Shown one piece after another: positions 54,901 through 64,000 of a stretch of 64,000 nucleotides of DNA. The first letter of the stretch is position 1, and every line of letters starts with the position of its first letter. Made by a program: the position numbers and the translations under genes. Origin of the DNA: Octopus bimaculoides (Eukaryota); NCBI RefSeq assembly GCF_001194135.2, contig NC_068996.1, forward strand, positions 27,629,319 to 27,693,318, written 5' to 3'. Under the pieces are notes generated by a model, which was given only the letters and a program-made list of their open reading frames with translations, did no database searches and had not been told where the DNA came from.

Positions 54901-55299
54901 GTACAAATGCACGAATGATGTCATAAATAACAGTACCGCCGATAGTTGTTGTTGACAAACAACGGCATTAATTTTATTCAAGGGAAAAGATCCCTTGACA
55001 CCACTACAATGTGTTGTTTACATTCCATAGCAGTAATTGTTTTCACCTCAATAGATGTCAGTGATTGGTTGAAATTACAGAAATACGACAACTTTAACAC
55101 GAAATAACTTTAAAAGGATAAAATTTTCTCAATAACACTAAGAGTAAAAGATGTTTTATATGACACNNNNNNNNNNNNNNNNNNNNNNNNNNNNNNNNNN
55201 NNNNNNNNNNNNNNNNNNNNNNNNNNNNNNNNNNNNNNNNNNNNNNNNNNNNNNNNNNNNNNNNNNNNNNNNNNNNNNNNNNNNNNNNNNNNNNNNNNN

Positions 55300-55725
55300 G
55301 AAATTTTGGGGAGGGGACTAGTCAATTACATCGACCCCAGTGTTTTATTGGTACTTAATTTATCAACCCCCAAAGGGATGGAAGGCAAAGTCGACCTCAG
55401 CAAAATTTGAACTTAGATCGTAACGACAGAAGAAATACCGCTAAGCATTTCACCCACTATGCTAATGATTCTGCCAGCTCACCACCTTAATAATAATAAT
55501 ACTAATGATAATCCTTTCTACTAAAGGCACAAGGCCTGAAATTTTGGGGAGGGGACTAGTTGATTACATCAACCCCAGTGTTCTACTGGTACTTAATTTA
55601 TCAACCCTGAAAGAATGAAAGGCAAAGTTGACATTGGCAGACTCTGAACTCAGAATGGAATGACAGATGAAATGCTGCCAAGCATTTTTCCTGGTATGCT
55701 AATGATTCTGCCAGCCAGCTGCCTT

Positions 55726-55776
<51 letters not shown>

Positions 55777-56020
55777 GTAATAATAATAATAATAATAATA
55801 ATAATCCTTTCTACTATAGACACAAGACCTGGAATTTGTGGGGAGGGGGATAGTTGATTACATCAACCCCAGTACTTGATTGGTACTTAATTTATCAACC
55901 TCAAAAGGATGAAAGGTAAAGTTGACTTTGATGGAATTTGAACTCAGAACATAACAGCAGACAAAATACCACTAAACATGTCACCCAGTGTGCTAATGAT
56001 TCTGCCACCTAGCTGCCTTT
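55300..56020 (-). mobile_element. Three head-to-tail tRNA-derived SINEs separated by (TAA)n
   Basis: Units at about 55300-55490, 55511-55727 and 55803-56020, each the reverse complement of the 5367-type SINE. Confidence 0.82.
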
Positions 56021-56061
<41 letters not shown>

Positions 56062-56071
56062 AACAATAAAC

Positions 56072-56544
56072 GATGGGCTACAGTAAATATTCTGCTTAAT
56101 ACCACAGCTTTGCTTGTAAGTTGCTTGACTTTAACCAGTTGAGCATGCTCCTTAGAGACTGCCAATAAGTGCATCTCTGATCACAAGCAGGAGTGGTGCG
56201 GTAGCATCATGGCTATGTATTGAGAGGAATTCTTTAGGTTTGAATAACTCACCCCTAGAAACAGAAGTGTTTTGTTCATCATCCTTAAACAACCCTTATT
56301 CAGGGACCTTTTGAGCAAGATAGGCTACTCAACCTGAAGAAAATTCTAACTGGGCCCCATCTGCAAAGTCATGTGCTGTTTATCTTGATATGGGATCACC
56401 ATATCATGCACAGATGGTAGTGATGCATGTGCCTGTTGTACCCTTATTAGATGGATAGTCATGATGAGTATATTGGGCTTCATATATTTGTACCCCAGTG
56501 TCACTTTGACGGCATCCATTGCTTTCTCACTCAATAATAATAAT
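56072..56544. repeat. Longer copy of TAA-associated family X
   Basis: Shares both segments with 45967-46194 and retains about 350 bp of interior; ends tcactc(aat)n. Confidence 0.7.
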
Positions 56545-56830
56545 GTCTGATGATCTATGTAGCTTGCCCAGGAGATCATTAGATCAATGAGAAAGAAAAT
56601 GAGAAAATTGTAAAATATGCAGACTTGAGAATAGATGTTGAGAGAATGTAAAATATGCAAACAAGAATTGAAGCACTTGGGTTGGTGATGAAAAACCTTC
56701 AGAAACACCTTGACACAATTGGAATCTGTCCCAGCATTACAACATTGCAAAGGATAATATGTTTGGAAAAGGCAAATATCCAGCAGAAAGTACTGTTTAT
56801 CTGGCTTGGTAGGAAGTCAGTTAAACAATC
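56545..56830 (+). mobile_element. Old R4/Dong-like C-terminal relic
   Basis: IEALGLVMKNLQKHLDTIGICPSITTLQRIICLEKANIQQKVL aligns with the IGALG...QKI.LLGTAHIL.K.L C-terminus of the other copies. Confidence 0.55.
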
Positions 56831-57376
56831 TGGAGTTAACAAGATAGATCACTGTGCAAATGGATAATAATCATCATCATTGTTTAATAATAATAATAAT
56901 AATAATAGTAATAATAATTATTAAATATTATTATTACTATTATTATTATTATTATTATAAAAGTAAAGATTGACTTTACTCATCATCCTTTCAGGGTCAA
57001 TAAAATAAGTACCAGTTGAGTACTGGGGTTGATGAAATCGACTTACCCTCTCCCCCAAAGTTACTGGCCTTGTGCCAAAATTTGAAACCATTATCATTAT
57101 TATTATTATTATCATCATCATCATTATCATTATTAGGGCAGTGAGCTGACAGAATTATTTGTATGCCAGGCATTTTGTTTAGCAGCATTTTGTCCAACTT
57201 TGTGCTCTGAGTTCAATTTTGGCCAAGGTTGACTTTGCCTTTCATCCTTCTGGGGTCAATAAAATAAGGATCAGTTGAAAACTAGAGTCAATGTAATCAA
57301 CTTCCCCTCTCCCTTGAACTTGCTGACCTTGTACCAAAATTTGAAACTACTACTGTTATTATTATTATTATTATTT

Positions 57377-57461
57377 TATGTTTGACTTTTGCTTTGCATT
57401 TGTACAAGTTGGATCCAAGTCTCACCCAGAGACCTCAAGAGACAACAAGTTAGAAGTTCAT

Positions 57462-57463
<2 letters not shown>
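57377..57463 (-). mobile_element. About 87 bp, 3'-UTR-only copy of the R4/Dong-like element at 6995-8160
   Basis: Reverse complement differs from 8077-8160 at only about 3 positions; (TAA)n on both sides. Confidence 0.88.
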
Positions 57464-57502
<39 letters not shown>

Positions 57503-57631
57503 TCTAACACATGCATAAGGCCTCATATTTAAAGGAGGGTTTTTTGAAAGTAATAAAACCAAGTACATGCTAGATAGTTATTTTATTGACCCCCAACAAG
57601 GATGAAAGACAATGTTTACCATTGTAGGATT

Positions 57632-57672
<41 letters not shown>

Positions 57673-58239
57673 CATAATCATGATGATAATAATAATAATA
57701 ACTGAATAGGTGAATGACCTCATTAGCTCAATGAGAAATTATCACATTTCCCTCTCGGCTCTTTCTTCACAATTGGCTGCTAACGCTTAATCAATGTCCT
57801 TTCATTATCAGAAGTGAATGGCTTATGATATGGTATATAGAACAATGTTGGAAACACAGCCAAATAATATACTTGTATGAACAATCAATAAGATACGCAT
57901 ACAAAGTGTGTGTGTGCAAGCATATATCATATGTAATGGTTACATATACAATGAGTGTATGTGTGTACATATGTGTTGTGTGTGTGTTTGTGTGTATGTG
58001 TGTGTATATATATATATATATATCATTTCATACACAGACACATTTATATGTACCTATGTATGTATGTATAATACTTGCATGCACCCTATTTACACTGTTA
58101 TACATCCATTTGTTCCTGATTACACGCCTGGAATATCTTTTTTTCCCCTTTATGTTATGGTGTAGCAATTGTCCCCTACCACTACCACCACCACCACTAA
58201 CCACTGAACTGTGAAGCAAGCAGTGGAACCTGTTTCTTT

Positions 58240-58275
<36 letters not shown>

Positions 58276-58286
58276 CATACATACAT

Positions 58287-58344
<58 letters not shown>

Positions 58345-58532
58345 TGTTGTTTTTGTTTTCCTTGGTCAAGCAAACAAAATAAAGGCAGAGTTATGTCCCT
58401 TGTTCAGGGGTACAATGTTACAGCAGTATTAATAAGGTTTGAACACATGGACCTGTAGATCAGTTCTTATCCTATGGAAAGGTACACCTTTTGTGAGGTC
58501 ACATGATGTCTCTACTGCCAATCTATATCATT

Positions 58533-58563
<31 letters not shown>

Positions 58564-58639
58564 ACAACATTTAACATCCGTTTTCCATGCTGGCATTGAT
58601 TGGATGGTTTAACAGGAACTGGTAAGCCCAGGGTCCACA

Positions 58640-60290
58640 CCAGGTTCCATTTTTGAAATCTGCATTCAACAGTGCTATAGGCCTAAAGTTTTCTATTTGA
58701 TTCTCATTGTTTGAGTCCTTTCTCAGCAGTGCCAATGTTCCACAACTCACAGAAGTAGGAATTCTCCTATTTTGCTAACATTTGTTGTAGATATCTGCTA
58801 AGAGGCTACCAAACAAGTCTTGTTGGGCAGACCATTGAAACCAGGTAATTTTCTCAAAACCCATCCTCGCATGTGCAACCATTCATCACATCCTATATTT
58901 CTGCAGCTGTTATCAGCATTTCGCAACACTTCACCCCACTTGCCAATAGTTGTGGCATGCCGTTAAAGTAGGCACTGAAGTCCATCCTATGTTCCAGACT
59001 GCCAATTTATCTCAAACACTTGGGAAAAGTGCTGTTGAGGTTCTTTGCATATCTGTTTGGGCTCAAGTACCACACACCTAATTTAGTCCACCAAATTGTG
59101 GCTTTGTTACCATGTTGCATCTCTGCCACTTGGGCCCATCGAGTGGCTTTCATTCCATCCTTGTTTAGAGCATGCACTTATCTCTGACAATGCATCTTTT
59201 ATGGTGGCAAATTGGTCTATGGCCAGTCTCACCACCAGCTCATTGGTAGCAATGCCTTTCCTAAGCACTTCTAAGTTTCCCTCTATTCTATCCCTTTCTA
59301 TCACTAATGCCTTACTAAATCCAATTGATTCTACTTTACTTGCCCTTTTCAAGGCAAACCACCATTTGTTGTTGATGACTGACCCCATCAATGCCTACTT
59401 AACTAATCTGATCTCTGTAAGCTTGGCATGCTGGGAGGATGTGTTCAGCTTCCAGTAACCAGTTCCCTGTCTACAAAGTCTATATAAGTTGATTGTGCAG
59501 ATCACAAATTTGTGGTCTGTGTAGCCAATGATTTTAAAAAGTGGACAACTTATACTATCCTTATCTACAATCATACATTTCTAAGCTGACGGTCTGGTTG
59601 ACTCATGTGGGTGAGGCTTATCTCAGTTGCAATGGTGTAGGTGTTATCATTGTTTTTCTTAGATGTGGTAGCAATGTTTGCTGCTGATGTTGTTGAATAG
59701 ATCTCTCCTGCTGCTCTCTCTGTTGTTGTTTTGGATGCTGCTACTCTTGGCATTAATGTTATTGGTATTGTTGTTGTTGGTGGTGGTGTTGCTGCTGTTG
59801 CTTTGTTACTGTTGTTATTGTTGTGTTAGAGGTGTCTGCAGCAGTGGGTTTTTTTTTTCTTTGCATGGAACAGAAAGGCTTTAAATGGTTTGTTTTGTCA
59901 CAAACGTGACATCTCAGCTTTGTGTCCTCTACTGCTGTGTTCCATTAGGGAAGTTGATCAGGTCAGGGATGAATTCGATACTCTCCAAATTGGTGTGTAA
60001 CCACAATTCCATGCCTATACTTGACCAATTCTCCTTTCCCATTTTGTGGACTTGCAGAATTTTTGTTTTGTTCACTCTACCAGCAAAGAGATGTCTGCTT
60101 CTGGTGGCACCTCTGCTACCTATATTTTGACAACCTTCCAATCAAGGTATGTCTGAGTTAGCCATATTTCCTCACTTTTGTGGGTTGTTGTTGCACTTTC
60201 TTTGGGTAATTCTTCAGTTGAGAATCTTACCTCAAATGTACTTAAGCATCTCTCATGGACATGGACAACATAAGTTTTTAAACCCCAGCC
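58640..60290 (-). mobile_element. Degenerate Tx1/L1-like LINE (end of AP endonuclease and linker)
   Basis: IGYTDHKFVICTINLYRLCRQGTGYWKLNTS at about 59529-59437 matches the (S/T)DH and G.GYWKLN.S signature. Boundaries are approximate. Confidence 0.7.
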
Positions 60291-63179
60291 TGGTCACAGG
60301 CATTGCTGTTAAAACACAAAGAGCTGGAACCAATACTGCAGAACACCCTGTTCAACACTCTAACCATTCCACTAATCCCTACACTAAATTGCTGTGATTA
60401 TGTTATTGATCCCTGAAGAAAAATGAAAGAGAAGTTAGGGTTTCTTCTCTAAATGTTTAATAGAGTTAGCTATGATATTTAGGCTATCAACAAACAAGAG
60501 TCCTCATAGACTTTTCTATTGTGGCCAGGGGAACAGAAGTAGACTATCAACATAGGAGCACTTATAGACAACCAGCTTCAAACTGAAGGGACATTATAGC
60601 CTGGGGAACTGTAGTAATCAAGGTGCTGAGAATCAAGCTCTGTTGCATAATCACCTGTATACTAAATTTCTCACTGAGCTCATTACTCACTACATCTCTG
60701 TACATGGATCTCAGAAGCAATTCATGTACATCTTGTTTTCTTAGAGACAACCAGACATGGTTACTTGTCAAAGGACTTTTCCAGATGAATAAATGCTAGA
60801 CATAGTGGCTTGCTCCTAACTAAGAACTTTTGTAATTGTCTCACTACAAAGAGGGCATCAATGATATTTTGCCTCAACACAAATCCAAATTGCATCTCAT
60901 TTAAGTTAATTTATCTTGAGAGCATTAAGATATTAGAGCACCGGATAGAATGGTCATCTGAATATTAGATATATCACATTATTTGTTCCAGCTCTCTGTG
61001 CTCTGAGTTCAAATGTTCCCAAGGTCAACTTTGCCTTTCATCATTTCAAACTTGATAAAAATATGCCAATTCAGAATGGTGGATTGAGTGATGGAATTGT
61101 AAGAAAATCAGACTGGATGCCTTGTCATTTTTGTTCCAGCTCTTTACATTCTGAGTTCAAATCCTGCCTAGGCCAACACTGGCTGATAAATTTAATCTGT
61201 AACAAGTATATGTTCAGTTTGCTTGTCTACCTTTACATAGGTGAATATTGGCTCATACGCTATGTTTTCTACATGATGGGTTATACATCAATCTAGCCCT
61301 TCTGGTTTTACATAAGCTCTCATCTCATCATGTGACGGACCAGCTGAGCATGAGCAATTTATGTCTATTGCTGGAGCCTATCATCAGCTGTATAAGGAGA
61401 AATCTTCCCGCTATTCTTTAGTGAGGTAGGTTTGCACAGTCAAGTTCGGATCTTAGCAGAAAGCAAGTTCATTTCACAGCTTTCAACACATTACATGTTC
61501 CTCTCCTCCACCAGAAGGCATGTCACATATTTGCTTTCCTTTTATACACTGCATACATCACCATGCACCAACTGCATGAGAAACGTTATGTATATTTTCT
61601 GACAGTATCATTCAAGATGTATTCCATCAAGTTCACCATGTTAATGCTTTTTAACGCGTTGAATAAATCGTCACATTTAATCCTGGTTTTCTCATTCTTC
61701 CTTTATCTATACTCACACCAATTTATCAATGCAACTCCACCCTCACTTGGTAGTACCTTAGCAGCCTTTAACAGACTCCACTCTACTACAAGCATTCAGG
61801 ACAAGGTTCCAGTTTGATATACCTTCTTCCCTCCCACCTCTCACCAGTCTTGTCAGTTCTGTAAAGGTCATGGGTACTATTTTCCCTTCTGACTAAAAGA
61901 AACAGAAAAATATTTCTCTTTCCTAACTATTTGTGCCATAATTCTTTCTATTACTTTCCTAACTTGGTCCAGCTATTCTATTAGCACTGCACTATCAGTG
62001 TCTTGTTATGTGTTCTATGCTCATTCTTTTTAAAATTCACAAATTGTTATTACATCCTGGGTCACAAATGAGCTTTACATTGTAATTTCAATGAGTGTTG
62101 ATGCATTGTGCTTATTCACACCAGTCTCCTGACAATATAATAAAACAATCACAGATGTCCCTTCAATGTACAAGACTAAGAAGCAACCAATATACATGGA
62201 ATGTATAAGACTTGAAAAAGTGAAGGAAAGAATTGGTAACAAAAATTTGCTTTAAGAAACAGTCAGGACAAAGTAAATGGAATTCTTAGGAGAAGCATTT
62301 TTAGCAATCAAAATTTGCCTCATTGTCAAAAAAAGTTTGTTTTTTACTATTTATTGTTTTCTTTTACTGTATTTTAGTTATTTTAATGTTTAATAACTTT
62401 CATATGACTGAAAGAAATATAATTGTTTTAACAAAAACAAGACTAAGTCTGTAGTCAGATGTTAACTGCTTAGCTTTTGGTTTTAATAAGTTACCAATAA
62501 CTGCTGTCTACATTTCCCTGAGCTGATATGAAAAGCTTGTATCTAGTCATTCAATCTGCTAGAAATAGAAGCTAAAATCCCTTCAAATCACACTTAACCA
62601 TTTTAGAAGAGAACATTTTGGATAAAGTGGTCCTGGGTTCACTGCATGCAGGAAGGAAATGGGATGGTCAAGGCTGAAATGTCTTTGATTATAAGTCTAC
62701 TCATTCAAAGTTGATTTGGATTTAAATAACAGCAGAAGTGACAGAAATGGTAGCATATCAGACCAAATGGTTTACAGTATTTTTTCCTGTACATTCTGAG
62801 TCATAAATCCAGCAAAATTCCACTTATCCTTCTATTTTCTCTGTCCACTGGGGGAAGGAGAAGGGATCGTAGGGTAGAACCTCCATAGGGTCCTATCAGA
62901 AGCAGCTACCATTTGACTTTCCAACTGGATCCCTCTACTGTAGCCCTACCCAGTCAAAGAGGATCTTAGTTGTGCAAGCTACATAGTAACCTCACTAGTG
63001 CTGGTGCCAGGAATAAAGCACCCAGTACACTCTGTAGAGTGGATGGTGTTAGAGAGGGCATGGAAATTATACTAAAGCAGACTAGTGAAGCCTGACATGG
63101 TTCTTCAATTCAACTGATCCTGTCAAACTGTTCAACCTATGTCAGCATGGAGGCAGACATTAAAAGATGATGATAATGA

Positions 63180-63530
63180 TGACAACACCACAGAACACTA
63201 TACTACACTGTATCAATAATGGATACATCATTACTCTGCATTATACTACTGTGCACAATACTAAACAGCATGAATATTATGCATTTCACAAACAATATTA
63301 TTGATGCATACATCATTACTCTGTACTATATTATATAGCATAGTACCAGATGACATTGCATTACTAACATACATTATAATAACACTGCACTATTACTACA
63401 CTATATGATAGTATTCCACACTACATTAATTTAGCACACTATACTAATAATGTATACCAAACCACATTGTACTGTACTACACTTTATTTAAAATAAATGC
63501 TACAATACTGCACTAAATAAATTATGTACC
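63180..63530. repeat. Degenerate low-complexity repeat of short ACT/ATT-rich units
   Basis: Recurrent tacact, catta and tacta units. Confidence 0.45.
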
Positions 63531-64000
63531 ATTCAGCCATGACCACCCTATTGTAATATTTCCAGACTATTTTTTTTAAACATGGCAAAACATAATTTGA
63601 AAGAAATTTGGTTGCTATATCTTGTAAGTAGACAACCATGTAAGGGCTCTTTCTATCAGTTCTTGTTGTTGCTAAGCCCTGGGTCAAATCTCAGAAACAC
63701 AATCAAAGGCAATGCAATCATGATCAGCATGTCTTTTCTTTTTTAAAGGCATGACTGACTACATAATCTAACATATCTTTTCTTTATTTAAGATGGTTTT
63801 GAGTACATTTAGCTGCTACGTCTAGCAAAATGAATGACCACACAGAAGTTTCATCACTGGTTCAAAGTAGGAAAATATTTCAATGTCTTATATTAATGCT
63901 GTGTGATATAGCACAGTGTACTATATTACAATTGGAGTTATTATTTAGCCCTAGGTCAGCCTGGACACTCTAAATAAAGCTAAAATGAAAAGCATTCTAA

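Noticed and set aside
61500-62150. Possible LINE 3' remnant
   Set aside because: Too decayed to assign any motif by eye.

Overview
AT-rich, microsatellite-dense animal genomic DNA from a gapped scaffold (nine N-gaps). The SINE, LINE and SSR content is consistent with an octopod cephalopod; this is my inference, not a database result. The only host gene I can support is on the minus strand. It has six phase-compatible GT-AG exons (38715-38615, 28151-28082, 26171-26041, 23895-23807, 15482-15383, 4440-4397; 535 nt over about 34 kb) and encodes part of an AtuA/DUF1446 (acyclic terpene utilisation) family protein. Its first and later exons were not found in the window. Everything else is repeat-derived: Penelope-like retroelements, R4/Dong-like RLE LINEs embedded in (TAA)n tracts, mariner relics and a MITE, RTE and Tx1 LINE relics, and many SINEs. 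The most notable observations are hammerhead-ribozyme motifs in the inverted arms of three Penelope-type fold-back structures, and a set of elements that share (TAA)n microsatellites as insertion sites. Long ORFs in the supplied track that cross N-gaps or SSRs are artefacts.
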